In this document: in pieces, positions 38,615-47,555 of the stretch
How the letters are laid out: every line of letters starts with the position of its first letter
Position numbering within the stretch: position 1 is the stretch's first letter
Source of the DNA: an uncultured Verrucomicrobiae bacterium
GTDB taxonomy: Bacteria; Verrucomicrobiota; Verrucomicrobiia; Limisphaerales; Palsa-1400
DNA length: 64,000 bases
Reading direction: 5' to 3'
Assembly: GCA_963764165.1 (NCBI GenBank)
Contig: CAVXRD010000002.1
Location: 2,144,001 to 2,208,000, forward strand
Program-made: the position numbers and the translations under genes
Notes under the pieces: model-generated
Told to the model about the DNA's origin: nothing
Seen by the model: the letters and a program-made list of their open reading frames with translations, nothing else
Database searches by the model: none

Positions 38615-40393
38615 GTGAAGTCGGTGGAATTAGTGTTGAAATCACAAACCGCACCCCGAATACTATCCGGGTTCTTGAAAACATATTCGCTGGCTGGCTA
38701 CCTTCAGGGTCTTCCCAAACAGACACGGACACTGCTGCAAAGCTGCGCCTACGGCGTCAGCGCCGGACTCGGCGCCGTCGCGTTTGAGGCGGGCATTTCG
38801 CTGCTCTACAATCATGGGCTGGTTCCGCTTTCCCACCTCGACAAGTCGACGTTCATTCTCGCCAGCCTGGCGATCACGCTCATTTCGTCCGTGATTGTCG
38901 GAATACTCTTGAATGTATTCTGCCCGGTGGCGGCGGGCAGCGGCATTCCGCAGTTGAAACTCGCGTTCTGGAAGGATTTCGGGGCGGTGCCCTTCCGTGT
39001 GGCCTGGGTGAAGTTTTTGGCTGGCGTGATCAGCATTGCAGGCGGCACCAGCCTCGGCCGCGAAGGCCCCAGCGTGCAATTGGGCGGGGCTCTCGCCTCC
39101 AACATCGCGGGCCTGACGGGCGAGGCGAAACAAAAGAGGCGCATGGCGGCGGCTTCCGGCGCGGCGGCGGGATTGGCGGCCGCCTTCAACGCCCCACTCG
39201 CAGCGACGACGTTCGTTTTGGAGGAAATCATTGGCGACTTGAACAGTCCGCTCCTGGGCAGCGTGCTGCTGGCGTCGGTTCTGGGGGCGCTCGCGGTTCA
39301 CGGCATCATAGGGGCGCAACCCGCGTTTACCTTGGAGGATGTGGAGGCGCCCACATGGCTGGTGTATGCGCTCACGCCGGTGGTGGCCGCGCTGGCAACG
39401 GTCGTCGGCGGATATTTTCAAAGGTTCTCTTTGCGCCTGCGGTTCTGGTCAAAAAGACTCGAGAAAATCCCCGGCTGGATGCTGCCCGTCATAGGCGGGC
39501 TGATTACATGGGCGCTGGCGGTGAGCGTGTTCTGCTGGAAAGGAAAACTTGGCGTGTTTTCCCTCGGCTACGACGATCTGTCTGACGCCTTGGGTGGCAA
39601 GAGCGACTGGACTTGGAAGCTGGCGCTGCTGCTGTTGGCAGCAAAATTCATCGCAACGATTTGCAGTTATGGATTTGGCGGATGCGGCGGCATTTTTTCG
39701 CCGTGCCTGTTCTTTGGCTGCATGGTTGGCATCGTGGTGGCGCGGCTGGTGGGCCTCGAATTTCATGTGGCGCACGCGGATATTGTGACGCTCGCCGTGG
39801 TGGGCATGAGCGCGTCGCTCGGCGGCGTGGTGGGAGCGCCGGTGACGGGCATCCTGATTGTGTTTGAAATGACCCACGAATTTTCGCTTGTGCCCGCCTT
39901 GATGCTGGGCGCGCTGGTCAGCCAGGCGATCAGCCGCAAAATGAACCACGAGAATTTCTACGACTCGCTCCTCATCCAGGACGGCCACCGCCTCGAGCGC
40001 ATCCGCCCGCCGCGCGATTTGCTGAGCTGGCAGCAATCGCAGATTTCAGGAATTCTTACTGACAAACCCACCGTGGTCGGGAACCTGGAGCCGCTCGCCA
40101 TCCAGCAGCTCTTGCGGTCGTACCCGTTCGAGCGGTTTCCGGTGGTTGAAAACGGGAAGCCCATTGGAGTATTGACACGCAAGGACGCGCAAGCGGCCCT
40201 GGCGGAAAAGCGCCCGCCGAAATTGGAGCCGGTCACAACCTGCCGCCCGGATCAAACGATCCGCGAATTGCAAACACTGCTCATCAATTCCACCACCCAA
40301 TTCGTCGTCGTCGTGGATGAAAGGGAAGCGGTGCAGGGGGTCATCACGCTGCATGATTTATTGCGGGCGGAAGTGCAGAAGGCGGAGGCTTAA
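38615..40393 (+). CDS. ClC chloride/H+ antiporter with CBS domains
   Basis: GSGIP, GREGP, GGIFSP motifs; C-terminal CBS pair. Confidence 0.93.
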   Translation: MKSVELVLKSQTAPRILSGFLKTYSLAGYLQGLPKQTRTLLQSCAYGVSAGLGAVAFEAGISLLYNHGLVPLSHLDKSTFILASLAITLISSVIVGILLNVFCPVAAGSGIPQLKLAFWKDFGAVPFRVAWVKFLAGVISIAGGTSLGREGPSVQLGGALASNIAGLTGEAKQKRRMAAASGAAAGLAAAFNAPLAATTFVLEEIIGDLNSPLLGSVLLASVLGALAVHGIIGAQPAFTLEDVEAPTWLVYALTPVVAALATVVGGYFQRFSLRLRFWSKRLEKIPGWMLPVIGGLITWALAVSVFCWKGKLGVFSLGYDDLSDALGGKSDWTWKLALLLLAAKFIATICSYGFGGCGGIFSPCLFFGCMVGIVVARLVGLEFHVAHADIVTLAVVGMSASLGGVVGAPVTGILIVFEMTHEFSLVPALMLGALVSQAISRKMNHENFYDSLLIQDGHRLERIRPPRDLLSWQQSQISGILTDKPTVVGNLEPLAIQQLLRSYPFERFPVVENGKPIGVLTRKDAQAALAEKRPPKLEPVTTCRPDQTIRELQTLLINSTTQFVVVVDEREAVQGVITLHDLLRAEVQKAEA

Positions 40394-40529
40394 CCCGGTG
40401 AGGCTCCCGTCTGGCCGTCTCATGGTTCGCATCCGTCCCGTGATTCCCATTCCTCGCGTGAAAATGGGACTGATGGGAATTATGGGAGTAATGGGAACGG
40501 CTCGCCGGGCCGCGCCCTGCCATAATCTG

Positions 40530-41330
40530 CTAACGATTGAGCCGCGCCGCCAGCCGTTGCTGCAACTCCACTGCCGAAATCTGCCCCGGCGCAGTTGGTT
40601 GATCGAGGTAGCCATATGTCAGGCATGACCCGAGCGTTGCAAATTCCACGCGCGTTTCCGACCATTTCTCTCCCATGCCAATCACGCAGATCGGCTTGGG
40701 CCATTCCATTCGCAAAAGCGAGCGCAGCACTTCGACATCCTCGGGTTGCGCAATCATGGTGGAAACTTTGGCGATGGAGCCAATGGCGTGCTGGCGTTTG
40801 ATAATTTCGCAAAGTTCCTCCGCCGGCGGAGTTTTCGTGAAATCGTGGAACGAAATCACGGTGGCTTTTCCAAGCCGCTTCGCTTCGCCCGCCACCATTG
40901 GCGCTATCGCGCTGCTGAGTTCGACATCCACCGCAGCCAATTTGGGCAATGCCTCCAGATAAATCGCGAGCCGGGTCGCGCCGTCCATTTCCCAATCGCC
41001 GCCCTCGGCCTTCAAACGAACTGTCAATAGAACAGGCTTGCCGCTGGATTGAAGCTCGACGCACTTCGCGAGCCAGTCCTGGGGTAGGGACGCCTCGCCG
41101 AGGCGTCCGGTTGCGTGTGAATAGCGAGCCTCACCCCGGACACCTAGGGCGGAAGTTCCGCCTCCCAGAGGCGTCCCTGCCTTGTCGAGGCGAACCTCGA
41201 CAATGTCTCCAGCCAGCGCGCATCGAGCGGGCAGGGCCGAGAGCGTCGCGACGACGCGCGGGGCCGGTCCAACCTCCAGCGTGCTGGTGGCGGTGCGCAA
41301 CAAAACGGAAGGTCTGCTCATTGGTCGCAT
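40530..41330 (-). CDS. aroD: Type I 3-dehydroquinate dehydratase with an in-frame 33-aa REP-derived insertion
   Basis: DIVEVRLD, LLTVR..AEGG, VDVEL, ISFHDF, IAKV, IGMG, TAPGQ. Confidence 0.9.
   Translation of the reverse strand: MRPMSRPSVLLRTATSTLEVGPAPRVVATLSALPARCALAGDIVEVRLDKAGTPLGGGTSALGVRGEARYSHATGRLGEASLPQDWLAKCVELQSSGKPVLLTVRLKAEGGDWEMDGATRLAIYLEALPKLAAVDVELSSAIAPMVAGEAKRLGKATVISFHDFTKTPPAEELCEIIKRQHAIGSIAKVSTMIAQPEDVEVLRSLLRMEWPKPICVIGMGEKWSETRVEFATLGSCLTYGYLDQPTAPGQISAVELQQRLAARLNR
41083..41181. repeat. Family A REPIN inside aroD (99 bp)
   Basis: Perfect REP at 41083-41108 and degenerate inverted partner at 41138-41181. Confidence 0.88.
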
Positions 41331-41386
41331 GATAATGCGGAATATACTTTAATCCACCAATCCCAAACTTTAAGCTCGCGAGACAT

Positions 41387-41767
41387 ATGACGAAGACGAT
41401 TATCAAACCGGCGGGCGTGCCGCCAGCGGCGGGCCCTTACAATCACGGCGTGCGCGTGGGAGAATTCCTGTTTTGCGCGGGCCAGATTCCGACCATTCCG
41501 GAAACCGGCCAGCTTGAGACCGGGGACATCAAGGCCCAAACCGAGCGCGTTTTGGAGAACATCAAATTGATCTTGAAAGACCAGGGCTTGACGCTGGCCA
41601 ATGTTGTCAAATCCACAGTCTACATGATCAACCTGGGCGATTTCGCCAGCATGAACGAAACTTACGGCCGCATTTTTGGCGGTGATTTCCCGGCGCGGAC
41701 GACCATCCAAGTCGCAGCCCTGCCGCGCGGCGCGGCGGTGGAAATTGAAGTCATCGCGCATTATTGA
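41387..41767 (+). CDS. ridA: RidA/YjgF family enamine deaminase
   Basis: AGPYNHG, FCAGQIP, FPARTTIQVAALPRGAAVEIE. Confidence 0.92.
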   Translation: MTKTIIKPAGVPPAAGPYNHGVRVGEFLFCAGQIPTIPETGQLETGDIKAQTERVLENIKLILKDQGLTLANVVKSTVYMINLGDFASMNETYGRIFGGDFPARTTIQVAALPRGAAVEIEVIAHY

Positions 41768-41798
41768 TGAATGGGGCGCGATTCATATTGGGCAACAG

Positions 41799-41877
41799 GG
41801 TAGGGACGCCTCGCCGAGGCGTCCGGGGTGGGGCTCCCATCACGCGCAACCGGACGCCTCGGCGAGGCGTCCCTACC
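41799..41877. repeat. Family A REPIN
   Basis: Exact copies at 41799-41824 and 41852-41877. Confidence 0.9.
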
Positions 41878-41903
41878 TCGCTTCGCGATTAAATCAGACG
41901 CTT

Positions 41904-43235
41904 GTGCCGCTCGCCTTTCAGATTGGGATAGCCTTCGTGGCGGGCTTGATTGTGGGCTGGCTGTTATTCTTGCTGCGCCGCCCTCCCGCTCCCGATGGCC
42001 GGCTGGAAGCGGAGCTGCGCCTGCTGGCGCAGTCGCGCGAGGATGAGCTTCGTTCCAATCGCGAACAACTCGGCAAGGCGAATTCGGAATTGGCGGTGGC
42101 GACCCGCCTTTTGGAGGAAACCCGCGGCAACTACACAGAACAATTGCGGCTGGCAAGGGAGGCGCAGGAACGGGCGCTGATGGATTTGCGCGAAACTTTC
42201 AAGGCCTTGAGCGCGGATGCGTTGAGACAAAGCGCGCCGCAATTTCTGCAACTCGCGAACGAAAGCCTCGCGAAATTTCACGCCACCGCCAAAGGCGATC
42301 TTGAGACGCGCCAGCAAGCCATCGCCACGCTGGTGCAGCCGCTCAAGGAGCAACTGGAGAATTACCAGCGCCGCCTCCAGCAGAGCGAGTCGACCCAGTC
42401 CAGCGCGCTCGGGGAAGTGAAGAAGCAATTGGAGGGATTGGCGCTGCACAGCCAGGCGCTATCAAGCGAAACGTTGCAGCTGCGCCGGGTGCTGAGCAGC
42501 AACCAGGCCCGCGGACGGTGGGGCGAGGAGACATTGCGCCGGGTCGTCGAAGCCTCCGGCATGAGTCCGCACTGCGACTTCAGCGAGCAGGCCCAATCCG
42601 AGGACAAAAAGCCCGATCTGCTGGTGCATCTGCCGGGCGACCGGGTCATTATTGTTGACGCAAAAGTTCCCGACCTCGATTTCCTGCAAGCGCTGGACGC
42701 GGCCGATTCCGCCATGCGCGCCCAGGCTTTGACGCTTCATGCGAACAAGTTGAAAGAGACGATCAAGGATCTGGCGAAGAAGAATTATCCCGGCCAATTC
42801 CAGGGCGCGCTGGATTACGTCGTTCTCTTTCTTCCCGCCGAATCGCTCTTCAGCGCGGCGCTGGAGGCGGACCGGGAGTTGATCGTGTGGGCGGCTGAAA
42901 AGCAGATCATGCTGGCCACGCCTGCTTCGCTCATTGGTTTGCTGCGGGCCGTCAGCATTAGCTGGCAACAGCATTCTCAAACGCAAAATGCCAAGGAAAT
43001 CAACGAGGCCGCCATCGAATTATTCAATCGCGTTGCGACTTTCACATCGCATTTGGAGAAAATCCGCGACGGGTTGGAAAAAGCCAGTTCGGCCTACAAC
43101 GCCGCGCTCGGCAGCTATGAGCGCATGGTGCGGCCCAGTGGCGAGAAGCTTGTCAAACTCGGAGGCAGCTCTGCTTCCAAAGATCTCGCCCACATTGAGC
43201 CACTGCAGGAAACTTTGCGGATACCGTTGCCGTAA
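41904..43235 (+). CDS. rmuC: DNA recombination protein RmuC
   Basis: RGRWGEETL, KPDLLVHLPG, IVDAKVP, VLFLPAE, ATPASLI; start at GTG 41904. Confidence 0.92.
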   Translation: MPLAFQIGIAFVAGLIVGWLLFLLRRPPAPDGRLEAELRLLAQSREDELRSNREQLGKANSELAVATRLLEETRGNYTEQLRLAREAQERALMDLRETFKALSADALRQSAPQFLQLANESLAKFHATAKGDLETRQQAIATLVQPLKEQLENYQRRLQQSESTQSSALGEVKKQLEGLALHSQALSSETLQLRRVLSSNQARGRWGEETLRRVVEASGMSPHCDFSEQAQSEDKKPDLLVHLPGDRVIIVDAKVPDLDFLQALDAADSAMRAQALTLHANKLKETIKDLAKKNYPGQFQGALDYVVLFLPAESLFSAALEADRELIVWAAEKQIMLATPASLIGLLRAVSISWQQHSQTQNAKEINEAAIELFNRVATFTSHLEKIRDGLEKASSAYNAALGSYERMVRPSGEKLVKLGGSSASKDLAHIEPLQETLRIPLP

Positions 43236-43258
43236 GCACCCGATCCTTGGCGAATTGT

Positions 43259-43558
43259 GGCAGGGCGAGGCTGCCAATGAAGAGTCTTGTGAAGGTAGCC
43301 TCGCCGAGGCGTCCGGGTGAGACGTCGTTGAACGGTGCGGCCCACAAAAACTTTCACGCGCAACCGGACGCCTCGGCGAGGCGTCCCTGCCACCAAAGGC
43401 GAAATTTGTTCGTCGGAACTTCTCACCAACTTTGATGGTCAGGGCCTCCCGCCGAGCCGTTCCCATTATTCCCATCTGTCCCATTACTCCCATTCTCATG
43501 CGAGGAATGAGAAAATGGGAGTAATGGGAACGGCTAGGCGGGAGCCTCGGCCCTTGCC
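43259..43558. repeat. Composite repeat cluster (family A REPIN plus family B REPs and ATGGG/CCCAT units)
   Basis: Family A at 43294-43314 and 43366-43391; family B-like copies at 43259, about 43440 and about 43532. Confidence 0.75.
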
Positions 43559-43566
43559 CGCCCGCC

Positions 43567-44457
43567 CTACTTCTTATTTTCCTTCAGAAACAACTCAACC
43601 TGTTTATAGAAAAACTCCGGCTCGTCGAGCTGGATGAAGTGCATTGCCGTCGGCGAGAAAACAAGTTTGTGGTGCGGCACCGTGGAAATCTGCGATTCGT
43701 AAGACTCGCGGACTTTCGCCTTGGCGTCGTCATCCGCCGCGCCCGAATAGGAGCCGATGAGCAGGACGGGCGGCTCAATTTTTTTCAGGTTCGGGCGGAG
43801 ATCCGTCGTAAAAAGATCGTAAAACGCCTGTCCAACTGCCTTCGGATTTGATTTGTCCCCGAGCGAAGCCACGGTCTCAAGATTGGTCTTGTTAGCCATC
43901 ATCATGCCGAGAAACAGGTGGTTATTCTTCACAAAATCCTCGGTCGAAAGATTGGCGTACATGCCGCGCAACATTTCAGCTTGGGATTTCGCGGTCGCCT
44001 CCGTGGTGGCGGGGTCGCGCAGCGCGGAGAAAAATGGAAGCCCGTCGACGGCGATGAGCGGGCCGAGATCCTTCGAATCCGTCTCGCCAAGCCAGAACGC
44101 CATCATGCCGCCGAGGCTGTGGCCAATGACGACTGGGTGGTCCAATTTCTCGTCATGAATATACTTGATGATTCCGTCGCGAACTTTGTCAAGAAACGGG
44201 CCGTCGATGGGCGGCTGCCCGGCGAAACCCGCCAGCGTTAGAACGTGAATTTGGTATTGCCCCTTGAAATGCGCCACCGTCCCATCCCAAACATTGCCGC
44301 CGCAGGCCAGGCCGGGAATCAGAATCATGGGCGGGCCGGAACCGGTGACCACGGCCTTGAACGGCGCAGCGTCGGCCGCCATGATGTTTGCGGTTTGGAG
44401 GAGCCAGCCAGCGGCTGCCAGCGAGGCAGCAATGAAAATTCGGATTTGTTTTTTCAT
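43567..44457 (-). CDS. Secreted alpha/beta hydrolase
   Basis: Signal peptide; IPGLACGG, GHSLGG nucleophile elbow, HFIQLDEP. Confidence 0.9.
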   Translation of the reverse strand: MKKQIRIFIAASLAAAGWLLQTANIMAADAAPFKAVVTGSGPPMILIPGLACGGNVWDGTVAHFKGQYQIHVLTLAGFAGQPPIDGPFLDKVRDGIIKYIHDEKLDHPVVIGHSLGGMMAFWLGETDSKDLGPLIAVDGLPFFSALRDPATTEATAKSQAEMLRGMYANLSTEDFVKNNHLFLGMMMANKTNLETVASLGDKSNPKAVGQAFYDLFTTDLRPNLKKIEPPVLLIGSYSGAADDDAKAKVRESYESQISTVPHHKLVFSPTAMHFIQLDEPEFFYKQVELFLKENKK

Positions 44458-44506
44458 AAATTGGAGCAGGGCCTATCGGATGGAGGCGCTTTATGCCTCA
44501 CGCCGC

Positions 44507-44833
44507 TTATGGTGGCGGCTCCGACGGGCTTTTGTCGAACTGAAAGACGCAGCACCCGAGGTCGAGCTGCTTTGTGGCTGAGCCAGCCTGTTTTTCAAAG
44601 GCCGGGACAATCTGGCAGCGAACGTTTTTGCCGCGCCGCTCGGTCAAGACGATTCCTGCCTGGCGCAGAATGCGGAGATGTTTGGAAATGTTATATTGCG
44701 TGGCCTTCAATCGATGCGCCAAATCGCTGACCGTCGCGGGCCCCGAGAGCAATTCCCGCACAATGGCCCACCGAGTGTCGTCCGCCAACGCCCTCAACAT
44801 CGGCGCGCAGCAGTCTGGTTCAGGTGGAATCAC
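44507..44833 (-). CDS. ArsR/SmtB family regulator
   Basis: ALADDTRWAI, ISKHLRILRQAGIV; CC pairs at both ends. Confidence 0.88.
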   Translation of the reverse strand: MIPPEPDCCAPMLRALADDTRWAIVRELLSGPATVSDLAHRLKATQYNISKHLRILRQAGIVLTERRGKNVRCQIVPAFEKQAGSATKQLDLGCCVFQFDKSPSEPPP

Positions 44834-44927
44834 GGCGAGACAATGATACAGCGCTTTGCAAAAAAGAAAATGGTTTTAGGACGCCGCGGGGCGCGATGAG
44901 AAAAAGGGTGAACAGGGCGCGAAGCGA

Positions 44928-44958
44928 GGTAGGGACGCCTCGGCGAGGCGCCCCTGCC
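44928..44958. repeat. REP family A copy with tags at both ends
   Basis: GGTAGGGACGCCTCGGCGAGGCGCCCCTGCC. Confidence 0.8.
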
Positions 44959-45023
44959 TTTCCTGCCCTTTTTTGGCCACCCATATTGAATGGCAAAAAC
45001 AATTCATTTGCATAAATTGAGGC

Positions 45024-46280
45024 ATGGAAATCTACGATCACCCCACATTTCGGATGGCCTGTCATCAGTTCGACCTGGTGGCTGATTACTGGCAGATTCC
45101 GGACAACGAGCGCGCCCGCCTGAAATTTCCCAAACGCTCCATGACCGTCGCGCTGCCCATTCACATGGATGACGGTTCGATCAAAGTCTTCACCGGCCAT
45201 CGCGTGCAGCACCATTTGACGCTCGGCCCCACCAAGGGCGGCTTGCGCTACCATCCCGATGTCGCCCTCGGCGAAGTCGCCGCGCTGGCGATGTGGATGA
45301 GCTGGAAATGCGCGCTGGCGGGGTTGCCATACGGCGGCGCCAAGGGCGGCATCGCCTGCAATCCGTCCAAGCTTTCGATTACCGAACTCGAGCGCCTCAC
45401 CCGCCGTTACACGCAGGAAATGATTCCGTTCATCGGCGAAAAGGTGGACGTGATGGCGCCGGACATGGGCACCAACGAACAAACGATGGCGTGGATGATG
45501 GACACCTATTCCGTTCACACGGGTTACACCGTGCCAGGCATTGTCACCGGCAAACCCGTCAGCATGGGCGGCTCGCTGGGACGCCGCGAATCAACCGGGC
45601 GCGGCGTCGGCTACCTGATTAACCGCGCCATGGACACCATCGGACTGGACCCGGGCCAGAGCAGGGCGGTGGTGCAGGGATTCGGCAACGTCGGCTCCGT
45701 CGCGGCTTTTTCGCTGGCGAAATTTGGCGTCAAAGTCGTCGGCGTGAGCGACGTCAGCGGCGGCCTTTACAACGCCCGCGGAATCGATCTCGTGAAATTG
45801 GAGAAGCACATCGCCGAACACCGAACAATGGCCGGTTTCACCGAAGCCGAGCCCATCTCCAACTCTTATTTGCTCGAGCTTCCCTGCGAAATCCTCGTTC
45901 CGGCGGCGATGGAACGGCAAATCACCGAAACCAACGCCGCCAACATCAAATGCCGCATCCTCGCCGAAGCCGCCAACGGCCCGGTGACGCCCGAAGCCGA
46001 CGCCATCCTAGACCAGCGTCCCGAGATTTTTGTGATCCCGGACATTCTTTGCAACGCCGGCGGCGTGATCGTGTCCTATTTCGAATGGGTGCAGGATTTG
46101 CAGAGCTTCTTTTGGACGGAAACCGAAGTGATGGACAAGTTATTCCGAATCCTCGAAGGCGCTTTCGTGCAGGTGCTCAACCTAAGCCGCAAGCAGAAGG
46201 TAAGCATGCGCATGGCGGCGTTAGGAGTGGGCGTCAAGCGCGTGCAGGACGGGAAGCGGATTCGCGGATTGTTTCCGTAG
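45024..46280 (+). CDS. gdhA: Glu/Leu/Phe/Val dehydrogenase
   Basis: GPTKGGLRY, GGAKGG, APDMGT, QGFGNVG, NAGGVIVSYFEW. Confidence 0.93.
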   Translation: MEIYDHPTFRMACHQFDLVADYWQIPDNERARLKFPKRSMTVALPIHMDDGSIKVFTGHRVQHHLTLGPTKGGLRYHPDVALGEVAALAMWMSWKCALAGLPYGGAKGGIACNPSKLSITELERLTRRYTQEMIPFIGEKVDVMAPDMGTNEQTMAWMMDTYSVHTGYTVPGIVTGKPVSMGGSLGRRESTGRGVGYLINRAMDTIGLDPGQSRAVVQGFGNVGSVAAFSLAKFGVKVVGVSDVSGGLYNARGIDLVKLEKHIAEHRTMAGFTEAEPISNSYLLELPCEILVPAAMERQITETNAANIKCRILAEAANGPVTPEADAILDQRPEIFVIPDILCNAGGVIVSYFEWVQDLQSFFWTETEVMDKLFRILEGAFVQVLNLSRKQKVSMRMAALGVGVKRVQDGKRIRGLFP

Positions 46281-46599
46281 CGCATTGTCACCTGAGAAGA
46301 TGTGATTATCTTGATCTCCTGCCAAGCTGTGCAAGGGGATTCCGCCTCGGGATGGGTTGCGCGCGGGTTTAGAGTTGGGCTTTTTGCATCTTGGCATTAA
46401 TGCCCCCTCCTCTGGTCATTGAGAACTAGTTAGAGACCAGTCTAAACATTATTTGCGTTGCAGTCAAGGACAGCCTATTTGCCTCACAATGATTTTCCAT
46501 CTCCGCGCCCTCGGTCTTCCCCCTGTTCAATTTTTATTTTGCCCAACCCCATGACGTTCTTGCCAAAACAGTCAAACAACCGTAGGTTGCGAATCCCTT

Positions 46600-47532
46600 A
46601 TGGAAAAAGTCGTGATTGTGGGCACGGGATGCGCTGGTTTGACGGCGGCGATTTATGCGGCGCGCTCGAATCTCTCTCCCATCGTTGCCACCGGGTTGAT
46701 GCCCGGCGGCCTCTTGACCACCACCAGCACCGTTGAAAATTACCCGGGCTTCCCGGAAGGCGTCGACGGGTATGAGTTGATGACGCGGATGCAGAAACAG
46801 GCCGAGCGTTTCGGCGCGCGGGTCAAGACGATGCAGGTCGTGGAAGCGGTCGATCTTTCTACCCGCCCGTTTGTCGTGACCATTGATGGCGAAAAAGTGG
46901 AGACGCAGACGCTCATCATCGCGACGGGGGCCAGCCATCGGCATTTGGGATTGGAAGGCGAACGGCTTTTGGAAAAAAAGGGTGTCACCTTTTGCGCGAC
47001 TTGTGATGGCGCGTGGCCCATGTTCCGCAACCAGACATTGGTCGTGGTGGGCGGCGGCGATTCCGCCTGTGAGGAGGCGTTATATTTGACACGATTTGCT
47101 TCGGAAGTGCGGCTGATTCATCGGCGGGATGAATTGCGGGCCTCCAAGATCATGGCCCAGCGCGTTCACGAGAACAAAAAGATCAAGCCTGTTTGGGACT
47201 CGGTCGTTACGGAAATCATGGATCCGGCGTTGGACAAGGTGACGGAGGTTCGCCTGCGCAATATCAAAACAAATGTCGAAAGCGTGCTTCCCTGCGCCGG
47301 AGTTTTTGTGGCGGTCGGGCATGTGCCGAACACGCAGCTTTTCAAAGGCGTCATCGATATGGACGAAAACGGCTACATCATCCCGCGCAAGGGAACAGCG
47401 ACGAATATTCCCGGCGTTTTCGTGGCCGGCGACTGTGCTGATCACGTTTACCGCCAAGCCATCACCGCCGCCGGTTCAGGCTGCGCCGCCGCGATTGATG
47501 CGGAGCGTTTCCTCGCCGCGCAAGGCACCTGA
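46600..47532 (+). CDS. trxB: Thioredoxin reductase
   Basis: VENYPGF, CATCDG, GGGDSA, YRQAITAAG. Confidence 0.95.
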   Translation: MEKVVIVGTGCAGLTAAIYAARSNLSPIVATGLMPGGLLTTTSTVENYPGFPEGVDGYELMTRMQKQAERFGARVKTMQVVEAVDLSTRPFVVTIDGEKVETQTLIIATGASHRHLGLEGERLLEKKGVTFCATCDGAWPMFRNQTLVVVGGGDSACEEALYLTRFASEVRLIHRRDELRASKIMAQRVHENKKIKPVWDSVVTEIMDPALDKVTEVRLRNIKTNVESVLPCAGVFVAVGHVPNTQLFKGVIDMDENGYIIPRKGTATNIPGVFVAGDCADHVYRQAITAAGSGCAAAIDAERFLAAQGT

Positions 47533-47555
47533 TCTTAAAGGTAGGGACGCCTCGC

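Noticed and set aside
41676..41903. REP-derived N-terminal extension of RmuC
   Set aside because: It overlaps ridA and an intergenic REPIN; RmuC fits a start at GTG 41904 just before its TM segment.
46419..46446. Possible Fur/PerR-like palindrome upstream of trxB (TTAGAGACCAGTCTAA)
   Set aside because: Match to the feo box is too weak and the spacing differs.
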